DNA from: Deferrisomatales bacterium
Lineage (GTDB): Bacteria; Desulfobacterota; Deferrisomatia; Deferrisomatales; JACRMM01
Direction of reading: 5' to 3'
NCBI GenBank assembly: GCA_033551855.1
Contig: JAWSUI010000062.1
Span: 1 to 20,142 of the forward strand
Length of the DNA: 20,142 bases
Each line of letters starts with the position of its first letter. Position 1 is the stretch's first letter. The translations under genes and the position numbers were made by a program. A model generated the notes under the pieces. That model had not been told where the DNA came from. It was given only the letters and a program-made list of their open reading frames with translations, and did not search any database. Below are positions 8,643 through 16,544 of this stretch, piece by piece.

Positions 8643-9911
8643 ATGGCGCCCGTGACCATTCCTCGCGACGCCGGCCTCCCGGCTGCCGCCGACGTCGAGG
8701 ACACACCCTCCTTTCGCGGCTTCGCCTGCGACGTGCTGCAGTCGACGGACATCCTGGCCGATCCCGATGTCACGAACCTCTTCAGCGCCGAGTTCAAGGA
8801 ACGGCTGCAGCACGACATCGATGAGGGGGTGCTGGCCCCGGGGTACCGCTCCGTGAGGGTGCTGCGGACGCCCGACCGGGTGGAGCCGGACCGGCTTTTC
8901 ATACGGGAATTCGACCGGCGCGACCTCGCACTGCCGGTGAACGCGGCGGACGGAGCCACGGAGGAGATCGCGATCTGGGGCTTCACCGACCCCCTCGGGG
9001 CCGACGAGCTCGGGTTCCCCAGCCCTACGATCCGTGCGGTCCAGGGGGAGGTCGTGCACGTGTACCATCGACCCGGGCACGGGCCCCACACCATCCACTC
9101 CCACGGCATCGGCATGACCCCGGTGAACGACGGGGTGGGCCACACCACCTTCGAGCTGGAAGGGGACGGCTACATCTACCAGTGGCTGGCCCCCGAGCCG
9201 GGGACCTACCTCTACCACTGCCACCGCAACACGGTGCTGCACTTCGAGATGGGGATGTACGGGCTGCTCATCATCGACCCCCCCGTGGCGGGCGCCCCGT
9301 TCGCCGACGGCGGGCCCGGGTTCGCGGCCCGCCGGAAAGACCTGGTCCATTACGACGTCGAGGGGCTTTGGGTGATCGACGACATCGACCGCCGCTGGCA
9401 CGACGACCGGGAAGACGACGGGGTGCTCATTCACGGCCACGGCGCGGGCCTGCTCTGCCCCTTCCTGCCCTGGGACCCCGACCCGACGGAGCACCCGCAC
9501 CTGCACCGCTTCGAGCCCGACCGCTTCCTCATCTCCGGGGTCATGGCCGGCCAGGACGACCCCCTGATCACCCATCCAAGAGTTGCGGTCTCCGCCCGTC
9601 CGGGAGACACGATCCTCCTGCGCATTCTCAACGCCGCCTACACCCGGGCCCGCTTCGTCTTTCCATCCTCCCTCGCCGCCGAGGTCATCGCCGTGGACGG
9701 CAAGGCCCTGGGCGGCTCGGGACACCGGAGCTACTCCCAGCCCTTCCCCCTGAGCGAGCTGGACCACCGGTTCGAGCTGACCACTGCCCAGCGTTGGGAC
9801 GTGCTCATCCCCAATGCCCCCGCCGGAGAGTGGGAGGTGGGCGTGGAGTTCCGCGACTGGATCAGCGGGGCCCTTCTGGGGCGCGCTCGCACCCGGATCA
9901 CCGTGGGTTAG
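8643..9911 (+). CDS. Two-domain multicopper-oxidase-like protein B, 422 aa, no signal peptide
   Basis: RBS GGAGG; FPSPTIRAVQGE, HTIHSHG and GTYLYHCHRNTVLHFEMGMYG give a complete type-1 Cu motif. The second domain (ILLRILNA, VIAVDG, AQRWDVL) lacks His motifs. Confidence 0.9.
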   Translation: MAPVTIPRDAGLPAAADVEDTPSFRGFACDVLQSTDILADPDVTNLFSAEFKERLQHDIDEGVLAPGYRSVRVLRTPDRVEPDRLFIREFDRRDLALPVNAADGATEEIAIWGFTDPLGADELGFPSPTIRAVQGEVVHVYHRPGHGPHTIHSHGIGMTPVNDGVGHTTFELEGDGYIYQWLAPEPGTYLYHCHRNTVLHFEMGMYGLLIIDPPVAGAPFADGGPGFAARRKDLVHYDVEGLWVIDDIDRRWHDDREDDGVLIHGHGAGLLCPFLPWDPDPTEHPHLHRFEPDRFLISGVMAGQDDPLITHPRVAVSARPGDTILLRILNAAYTRARFVFPSSLAAEVIAVDGKALGGSGHRSYSQPFPLSELDHRFELTTAQRWDVLIPNAPAGEWEVGVEFRDWISGALLGRARTRITVG

Positions 9912-9959
9912 CAGGAGATCGTTCCACGGCTCACCCGGGCACCCCCATGGGGGCCGGGC

Positions 9960-10020
9960 CGCTGGCGGCTTGCGTGCCTTCCTGCCCGGCGGCGTTCGAT
10001 GGAGCGCCCCTTGCCCGCCT
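9960..10020. repeat. Dispersed intergenic repeat, copy 2 (copy 1 at 1074-1133)
   Basis: 25/28 identity over the core plus the shared downstream GCCCGCCT. Confidence 0.6.
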
Positions 10021-10106
10021 CTACCAACCTTCGCCGGCCCTTGACCTTTCTTCGCGCCGTGCTACGCACGTTCTCGCGGGTCCGCAGGAACGGCACCGCC
10101 ACTCTC

Positions 10107-10149
10107 CGCCGCGCAGGATCGCCATGCCCGAGCCGCTGCTCATCGCCCG
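10107..10149 (+). repeat. 43-bp perfect direct repeat of the RBS and first codons of the HerA-like gene (17495-17537)
   Basis: CGCCGCGCAGGATCGCCATGCCCGAGCCGCTGCTCATCGCCCG is identical at both sites, and both are preceded by CTCT(C). Confidence 0.95.
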
Positions 10150-10322
10150 CCCGCACCCCAGGTCCAGCACCCGCGCCCCGGGCCGCAGCTCCATGGCCCC
10201 GGCAAGCCACTCGGTCATCCACAGCGCGTTCGGCCCCATCTGGTTCTCGAGCACCCAAGCGGATCGTACCGGCTAGACCTCGGGAACTCGGGCTTGTGGA
10301 GGAAATCCAGCGGTTCCGCCAT
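10135..10322 (-). pseudogene. 5' fragment of a class I SAM-dependent methyltransferase, frameshifted and truncated
   Basis: RBS GGAGG and ATG at 10322. MAEPLDFLHKPEFPRSSRYDP, then a 1-nt shift near 10259, then WVLENQMGPNALWMTEWLAGAMELRPGARVLDLGCGRAMSS. It breaks off just after SAM motif I, inside the 43-bp repeat. Confidence 0.8.
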
Positions 10323-10537
10323 CGAGCACCTCCCGACCCGCTACCAGGCCCGGGCATCCCTCCGGGGGCGGCCGTGCGCTGTCCCGCCCGGGTCACCCGG
10401 AGGCTTGAAACCTCGAACGGCCCCGAGGCGCAGCAAACCTAGCACACGCGCCCCAAGGACTCCACCGGGCTCCCGCCGAAACCCCCGGCCCCACGGAAAT
10501 CCAGCCTCCCGTTCCCCGCCTGTCGGCGGCCTAGGAC

Positions 10538-10565
10538 TTGACAACGGGGGAATCTCGACTAGGGT
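10538..10565 (+). promoter_or_regulatory. Putative sigma70 promoter upstream of the E1 cluster
   Basis: Perfect TTGACA, 16 nt spacer, TAGGGT. Confidence 0.45.
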
Positions 10566-11068
10566 TTCTTTCAGGGCCCCCGAGCGGTCCCCCGGCAGGT
10601 CGACAGGCACCTCGACGGGCGGTGCCCCAGAGAAGTGGGCGGCTCCCGGTGTGGTTTCCTCAGCACGCCGGCGCGACGTACCTCTCCCCTGCCTTCGCGG
10701 AGGGAGCCATGAGAGGGTGGCTGCGAAAATTGCCCATACCAGGGCCTCGAGGGGTGCAATTACCGCTTGAGGCCTCCCGCCAACGAGATCCGACACGATC
10801 CCTCGCCCCCGGCTGTTCCTGATTTCCTGCCCCCGGCGGGCATTCGATCTGAACCACGCTCTCCGCCGCGGGGGCGGAGCACCAGACGTCCATGTGATTT
10901 CTTGCGCCAGCAGCGGCCCGCCGGAGGGTGCCGCGCTTTCGGGTCGCGAGATGAGCTTACCGCGTTGGATGCGCTTATGCGTCGCAAGCAGACCCGGTAC
11001 ACACCCCTGGAAAGAATCTCTCCAGACCCCGGATCCCCGTGGGGGCCGGTTTGCTCCGGAGGAACGTC

Positions 11069-12295
11069 ATGACAGAGAACACCAGCAGCCCACCGAAGAC
11101 CCAGGACCGCGACGACAGCGACTGGATCCCTCCCACCAGCCGGCGCGGCTTCCTCGCGGCAATCGCGGGGGCCGGCGCGGCGATTTCGCTCGGAAGCAAG
11201 CTCTCGTGGGCCAACGGCGAGATCGGCTTCTGGGCCAAGGATCTCTCGAACGAGCAGTTGATCCACCTCTACACGACGATCCAGCGCATCCGCTGGTTCG
11301 AGCGCACCTGCGTGGACAAGATGCTCACCGAGCCCGGATACCGCGGGTACAACCACTTCTACGTCGGCCAAGAGGCGGTGGCCACCGGCGTTTCCGCCGC
11401 CCTGAACAACACCGGCGGGGTCATGGAGGCCGACCTGGTCTACAGCACCCACCGGCCCTCCGGCCACGCCATCGCCAAGGGCGTGGACGTGAAGAAGATG
11501 GCCGCCGAGTACGAGTTTCGGGCCACGGGCCTCAACAAGGGCTACGCGGGCGAGATGCATATCGCCGACAAGGCGGTCGGCTTCATGGGGGCCGACGGCA
11601 TGATCGGACCCGGGTACGTGATCGCCACGGGGTCCGCGTTCGCGATCCGCGCCCGGGGTAGCAAGCAAGTCGTCGTCAACTACGGCGGCGACGGGACGTA
11701 CGCCACCCCCCACTTCCACAGCGCGCTGAACAACGCCGCCCTATTGAAGCTTCCGTTCATCTACGTGCTGGAGAACAACCTGTACCATCAGTACGCCCAC
11801 TACTCCTACTCCTGCCCCATGAAGGACATCGCCATCGCCGCCAAGACCTATGGGATCCCCGGGGTGGTGGTGGACGGACAGGACGTCATCCAGGTGTACA
11901 ACGTGGCCAAGCAGGCCGTGGACCGGGCGCGCGCCGGTGAGGGGCCGACCCTCATCGAGGCCAAGACCTACCGCTACTACAACCACTGGGGCGCCCCCGG
12001 CGCCAAACCCGGCGAGCTCGGCGCCTTCGGGTACGACCCGCTGGCGATCACGTCCTTCCGGCCGGAGCGCGAGGTGCGCGCCTGGATGGCCCGGGACCCG
12101 GTGGACATCTCCCGGAACACCCTCATCAGTTGGGGGGTGATGGACCGCGCGAGAGCCGACGCGATTGAGGCCGCCGCCAAGAAGGAGATGGTCGACGCCT
12201 TCGCCTGGGCCGACAAGCAGCCCCTCGGCAAGCCCGAGGACGGGCTCCGGCACGTCTTCATCGAGGGCACCGTCCTGCCCCGCCAGTTCGGCTGA
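11069..12295 (+). CDS. ThDP-dependent dehydrogenase E1 alpha subunit (AcoA/PdhA-like) with Tat signal peptide, 408 aa
   Basis: RBS GGAGGA. HFYVGQEA, STHRPSGHAIAKG, GEMHIAD, ThDP motif GDG-x-ENN, VDGQDV and GPTLIEAKTYR are present. The N-terminus reads SRRGFLAAIAGAGAAISLGSKLSWA. Confidence 0.93.
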   Translation: MTENTSSPPKTQDRDDSDWIPPTSRRGFLAAIAGAGAAISLGSKLSWANGEIGFWAKDLSNEQLIHLYTTIQRIRWFERTCVDKMLTEPGYRGYNHFYVGQEAVATGVSAALNNTGGVMEADLVYSTHRPSGHAIAKGVDVKKMAAEYEFRATGLNKGYAGEMHIADKAVGFMGADGMIGPGYVIATGSAFAIRARGSKQVVVNYGGDGTYATPHFHSALNNAALLKLPFIYVLENNLYHQYAHYSYSCPMKDIAIAAKTYGIPGVVVDGQDVIQVYNVAKQAVDRARAGEGPTLIEAKTYRYYNHWGAPGAKPGELGAFGYDPLAITSFRPEREVRAWMARDPVDISRNTLISWGVMDRARADAIEAAAKKEMVDAFAWADKQPLGKPEDGLRHVFIEGTVLPRQFG

Positions 12296-12364
12296 GCAAT
12301 CGGACCGGGGCGGCAGAAACGCGCGCAACAACCCCTCACCCGGCAAGCGGGAGGGAGGACGAAG

Positions 12365-13336
12365 ATGGCACGCAAGAGCTTCATGTACTCGGTCCTCGAG
12401 GCCGTCCAGTACGAGATGCAGAGAGACCCGAACATGATCTGGATCTTCGAGCTCACGCCCCCCGTGGCGTCGACGCCGGGGAAGCCGGTCATCAACCTGG
12501 AAAGGGAGTTCGGCCGCAAGCGGGTGGTCAACACCGGCATCGACGAGATGTGGATGGCCGCCTGCGTCCTGGGCGCCGGGCTGGCCGGCTCCCGGGCCGC
12601 CACCTACATCCCCTACCAGGGCAACGCGATGTGCTTCCAGATCCTGCAGAACCACGCCGGCAAGCTGCACCACATGACCGGCGGCATGGCCGAGATGCCC
12701 GTGGTCTTCGTGCTGGAGATGACCGGGCAGACCCCAGGCTTCGCCGGCCAGCACTCCGACTACGAGATCGACACCTACTACGCCCACATCCCCGGCCTCA
12801 AGACGGTGATCCCCTCCAACCCCACCGACGCCAAGGGGATGATGGTGTCCGCCCTGCGGGACCCCGACCCGGTGGCGTTCCTCTATGCCGCCGGCCTGCG
12901 GGACATGATCGAGGAAGTGCCCGACGAGCAGTACACCACGCCCCTGGACAAGGCCGCCGTCCGCTCGGAGGGGAGCGACGTGACGATCGTGGGCTCCGGC
13001 GGCGGGATGCCCGAGGTGCTCAAGGCCACCGACGAACTCCAGAAGCAGGGGGTGAAGGTCGAGACGATCGACCTGCGCTCCCTCAAGCCCATGGACACCG
13101 AGACCCTCGTGGCTTCCGTCCGCAAGACCAGGCGCCTTCTTGCCGTGGACCAGTCCTACTACACCCTCGGCCCGGCGGCGGAAGTGATCGCCCGCGTAGC
13201 GGAGAACGTGGACGGGGCCCGCTTCAAGCGCGTCGCATTCCCGGACGCTCCCCCGCCCGCCTCGCCGGAGATGTTCCTGTGGATGCGGCCGAACGCCGGC
13301 CACATCGTGGCGGCCGCGAAGAAGCTCATCGGCTGA
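12365..13336 (+). CDS. ThDP-dependent dehydrogenase E1 beta subunit (AcoB/PdhB-like), 323 aa
   Basis: FGRKRVVNTGIDE (cofactor-activating Glu), AGQHS, HIPGLKTVIPSNPTDAKG, DPDPV and ETIDLRSLKPMD. No signal peptide. Confidence 0.93.
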   Translation: MARKSFMYSVLEAVQYEMQRDPNMIWIFELTPPVASTPGKPVINLEREFGRKRVVNTGIDEMWMAACVLGAGLAGSRAATYIPYQGNAMCFQILQNHAGKLHHMTGGMAEMPVVFVLEMTGQTPGFAGQHSDYEIDTYYAHIPGLKTVIPSNPTDAKGMMVSALRDPDPVAFLYAAGLRDMIEEVPDEQYTTPLDKAAVRSEGSDVTIVGSGGGMPEVLKATDELQKQGVKVETIDLRSLKPMDTETLVASVRKTRRLLAVDQSYYTLGPAAEVIARVAENVDGARFKRVAFPDAPPPASPEMFLWMRPNAGHIVAAAKKLIG

Positions 13337-13404
13337 GAGTGCTCGGGTGCCGCCGCGGGCGAGCGGCGGCACCTCCCGGAGCCCACCCACGGAGGGCACC
13401 CCCC

Positions 13405-13722
13405 ATGGAAACGCGCAGTGCTCGTCCCGGCGCGATGGCGCCGCCGGAAGCCCCCGTCCCGCGGTGCGGCAACTGCGGCAGCGAGCAGGTTTGCAGCACC
13501 ACGGTCCGGTCGGCCTTCTGGCACGGCGACCGCCTGGTGGTCGTGGAAGACGTCCCGGCGCTCGTGTGCGATGCGTGCCACGAGCAGTTCTACGACGACG
13601 GCACCGTGGTGGTGCTCGACCTGCTCCAAGGGGACGGTTTCCCGCCCGAGCAGGCCCGCAGGGAGCTGCGCGTCCCGGTGTTCTCCTTCGAGGACCGGGC
13701 CCGCCGCCGAGGGTCGTCGTGA
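13405..13722 (+). CDS. YgiT/MqsA-type zinc-finger protein, 105 aa
   Basis: RBS GGAGGG. CGNC...LVVVEDVPALVCDAC.EQFYD matches the YgiT-type finger pattern. No HTH follows. Its stop overlaps the next start (GTGA). Confidence 0.85.
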   Translation: METRSARPGAMAPPEAPVPRCGNCGSEQVCSTTVRSAFWHGDRLVVVEDVPALVCDACHEQFYDDGTVVVLDLLQGDGFPPEQARRELRVPVFSFEDRARRRGSS

Positions 13723-14297
13723 GGCCCGGGCGGGGTTGGCCGATCGCCGCAGCGTTCGCGGCCCTCCTGCTGGGGATGGCCCCTGGGCCGGCCGCGGCCC
13801 AGCTCGACTACGCCTTCATGCCCAAGGGGGGCAAGGCGCTGTTGCTCGAGGTCCTCTCCGGCGCCGGAGCCGGGCTGAGCTTCGAGGAGATGCTCTCCGC
13901 CCGACGAACGGAGGACGAGTGGCGGGAGCTCCTGGCCCCGTGGGCCGAGGGCCTGAGCGTCCGCGAGCGGCAGACACTGGCGGTATACCTCGAGGTGAAC
14001 CTGCCGGTGCGGGATCCCGGGGCGGTCGCCGCCAAACGGGGGGACCCGGGGGCCCTCTACGCCGCGCTTCCGCGCGACGGCCGGGAACTGGCCTGGCACG
14101 AGTGCCAGTTCTGCCACTCCCTCTTCACGAGCCACCTGACCCAGGACCGCGGGGTGCAGGCGTGGATGAACATGTTCGAATCGCCCTTTCACCGGGAGAT
14201 GAAGATGACGCCGCAGGAGCGCGAGGAGTTCTCCCGCTACTCGGCGATCAACATGCCCATGAAGATGGAGGACGTGCCGCCGGACCTGCGTTTCTGA
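13719..14297 (+). CDS. Exported monohaem cytochrome c, paralogue 1, 192 aa
   Basis: GTG start coupled to the upstream stop; Sec signal ending AAA-Q; CQFCH; alignable along its length with the next gene. Confidence 0.82.
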   Translation: MRPGRGWPIAAAFAALLLGMAPGPAAAQLDYAFMPKGGKALLLEVLSGAGAGLSFEEMLSARRTEDEWRELLAPWAEGLSVRERQTLAVYLEVNLPVRDPGAVAAKRGDPGALYAALPRDGRELAWHECQFCHSLFTSHLTQDRGVQAWMNMFESPFHREMKMTPQEREEFSRYSAINMPMKMEDVPPDLRF

Positions 14298-14361
14298 CAG
14301 CCCCGCGGCGGGAGCCGCCCTCGGGCGGGCGTCGTGAGGCCTTCCGGGGAGGTTTGACACC

Positions 14362-14964
14362 ATGAGGTGCAAAGGACTGGGCGTGATCGGCGCGCTGGCC
14401 CTCGCCGCGGTGGCGCTGGGCGGGCCCGCCCGGGCAGAGTTCGACCCGATCTTCGACTTCATCCCTCTCGGCGGCCGTTCGCTCCTTGCCGAGGTGCTGG
14501 CGGCCAAGCCGCCGGCGGACGAGGTGCGCGCCCTCCTCACGGGGCAACGCTCCGCCGAGAAGTGGCTCGGCTACCTGAAGGACCGCACGGCGGCCCTGAG
14601 CGGATTGCAGGGCCTCGCCGACGAGGAGCTGGCGACCCTCGCGGACTACCTCGCCGTGAACATGCCCCTCCCGCCGGACCGGGTGCCCGCGGATCCGGCC
14701 AGGGCGAACTGGCCGAAGGTCCTTCCCCGGGACGGGCGCGACCTGGCGCTGGAGTACTGCCAGTCCTGCCACATCATCACGGTCACCGTCACCCAGGACC
14801 GGACCGTGGAGCACTGGCTCGGCACGATGAACAAGCCGAGCCACATCGAGATCAAGCTCTCGGCGAAGGAGCGCGAGGCGCTGGCCCGCTACCTGGTCCT
14901 CAACGCCGGGATCCCGATCGACCTGATCCCCGAGGACCTTCGCGCCGGCGGGGCCTCGTACTGA
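14362..14964 (+). CDS. Exported monohaem cytochrome c, paralogue 2, 200 aa
   Basis: RBS GGAGG; Sec signal ending ARA-E; LPRDGRDLALEYCQSCH...TQDR...W. Confidence 0.85.
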   Translation: MRCKGLGVIGALALAAVALGGPARAEFDPIFDFIPLGGRSLLAEVLAAKPPADEVRALLTGQRSAEKWLGYLKDRTAALSGLQGLADEELATLADYLAVNMPLPPDRVPADPARANWPKVLPRDGRDLALEYCQSCHIITVTVTQDRTVEHWLGTMNKPSHIEIKLSAKEREALARYLVLNAGIPIDLIPEDLRAGGASY

Positions 14965-15025
14965 CGCGCGCGCAGGGCCCCGGGGAGCCGCCGTCCGAGA
15001 CCCGAACGCTGCAGGGGAGCCGGCC

Positions 15026-16498
15026 ATGCTCTTCACGTCGTTCGGCTTCTTCGTCTTCCTGCCCCTGGCGCTGGTGGGGTTCGCCGCCGTGCCGGCCCGC
15101 CACCGCTGGCTGTGGCTGCTCCTGGCCAGCGCCGTCTTCTACGGCCTCTGGCAGCCGGCCAACCTCCTGTACCTGGGGGCCATGACGCTCGCGGTTCTCG
15201 GCTGCGGGCGGGGCCTCGACCGCGCCCGCGGACGCCGCCTCGCCGATCTGATCCTCGCCGGCGGGCTCGTCCTCGTGCTCGGCTCCCTGTTCGCCTTCAA
15301 GTTCTACGACTTCCTCGCCGCGGAGCTCGAGGGCTGGGCGGGGCCATTGCTGGGCCTGGAGCCCGCCGGCCTCCTGCCCCGCATCGGCGTGACGGCGCCG
15401 GCGGGGTACTCCTTCTACGCCTTCGCAGCGGCCAGCTACCTCGTGGACGCTCGGGCGGGCCGGCTGCCCGCCGAGCGAACGTGGGGCCACACGGCTCTCT
15501 ACGTGGCCTACTTCCCGAAGATCTTCGCCGGCCCGATCGAGCGGGCCACGACCTTCCTGCCCCAGGTCTGGTCCGGCCTGCGCGCGAACCCCGAGATGGC
15601 CGTCCTGGGCCTGCAGCTCATCGGGTGGGGGCTGTTCAAGAAAGTGGTCATCGCCGACAACCTAGCCCCGGTGGTCGACCGGAGCTTCACCATCGCCGCA
15701 TACGCGCCACCGATGGAGCTACTGCTCAGCGTCTATTTCTTCGCCTTTCAGATCTACTGCGACTTTTCGGGATACACCGACATCGCCGTCGGGGTGTCGC
15801 TCCTGTTCGGCATCCGCCTGATGGAGAACTTCCGCCGCCCGTACCTTTCGGTGAGCACCGCGGAGTTCTGGGGAAGCCGGTGGCACATCTCCCTGGGGCA
15901 CTGGTTCCGGGACTACCTGTTCATACCCCTGGGAGGCAGCAAAGCCGGGCCGATGCGCCGGTACCTGAACATCATGGCTGTCTTCACCGTGAGCGGGCTG
16001 TGGCACGCCGGCCTGGGCTACGGGGTGGGCTGGACTTTTCTCGTTTGGGGGGCGCTCAACGGCCTCTACCAGTGGGTCGGCGTCGGGACCGCCCCGGTCT
16101 GGCGGGGGCTGGGAGAGCGGATGCCCCGGGTGCGCGCCAGCACGGCCCTGCGGGTGCTGCGGGCGGTCCTGACCTTCCACCTGATCGCGATCGCCTGGGT
16201 CTTCTTCCGGGCCTCTTCGGTGGGCGACGCGCTTCTCGTCCTGAAGCGGATCGGTACCAGCCTGGGACAGATCGCCGGGCTCGTGACGCGCTACCCTTAC
16301 AGCGTCGACCACTATCTGGCCTTCGGCCTCATCGCCCTCCTTCTCGTCATCGAGGTGCTGGACGAGCGGCGCTCCATCTTCCAAAGGCTCTCCGCCGCGC
16401 CCGTTGCTCTGCGGTGGGGCGTGTACTACTTGGTCCTGTTCTCGCTGCTCATCCTCGGCCGCTGGCAGGCCAAGGAGTTCATCTACATGCAGTTTTGA
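15026..16498 (+). CDS. MBOAT family O-acyltransferase (AlgI/PatA/DltB-like), 490 aa
   Basis: Polytopic. YFPKIFAGPIER, QIYCDFSGYTDIA, ENFRRPY, EFW..RWHISL..WFRDYLFIPLGG, SGLWH (catalytic His) and C-terminal FIYMQF. Confidence 0.95.
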   Translation: MLFTSFGFFVFLPLALVGFAAVPARHRWLWLLLASAVFYGLWQPANLLYLGAMTLAVLGCGRGLDRARGRRLADLILAGGLVLVLGSLFAFKFYDFLAAELEGWAGPLLGLEPAGLLPRIGVTAPAGYSFYAFAAASYLVDARAGRLPAERTWGHTALYVAYFPKIFAGPIERATTFLPQVWSGLRANPEMAVLGLQLIGWGLFKKVVIADNLAPVVDRSFTIAAYAPPMELLLSVYFFAFQIYCDFSGYTDIAVGVSLLFGIRLMENFRRPYLSVSTAEFWGSRWHISLGHWFRDYLFIPLGGSKAGPMRRYLNIMAVFTVSGLWHAGLGYGVGWTFLVWGALNGLYQWVGVGTAPVWRGLGERMPRVRASTALRVLRAVLTFHLIAIAWVFFRASSVGDALLVLKRIGTSLGQIAGLVTRYPYSVDHYLAFGLIALLLVIEVLDERRSIFQRLSAAPVALRWGVYYLVLFSLLILGRWQAKEFIYMQF

Positions 16499-16544
16499 CC
16501 GGCGGGCGCCCCGGGGAGCCCGCAGTGGGGGACGCCAAACGCCC

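Noticed and set aside
7269..9767. 832-aa minus-strand ORF, and other long overlapping ORFs such as 11741-13399, 5461-6834 and 15112-16548
   Set aside because: Antisense or alternate-frame shadows of well-supported genes, expected in high-GC DNA, with no recognisable motifs.
10566..11068. TPP or cobalamin riboswitch upstream of the ThDP enzyme
   Set aside because: The conserved cores (CTGAGA/ACCTGA for TPP; the B12 box for cobalamin) were not found.
13567..13581. CDACH as a haem-binding CxxCH
   Set aside because: It is the second Cys pair of a YgiT-type zinc finger in a protein with no export signal.
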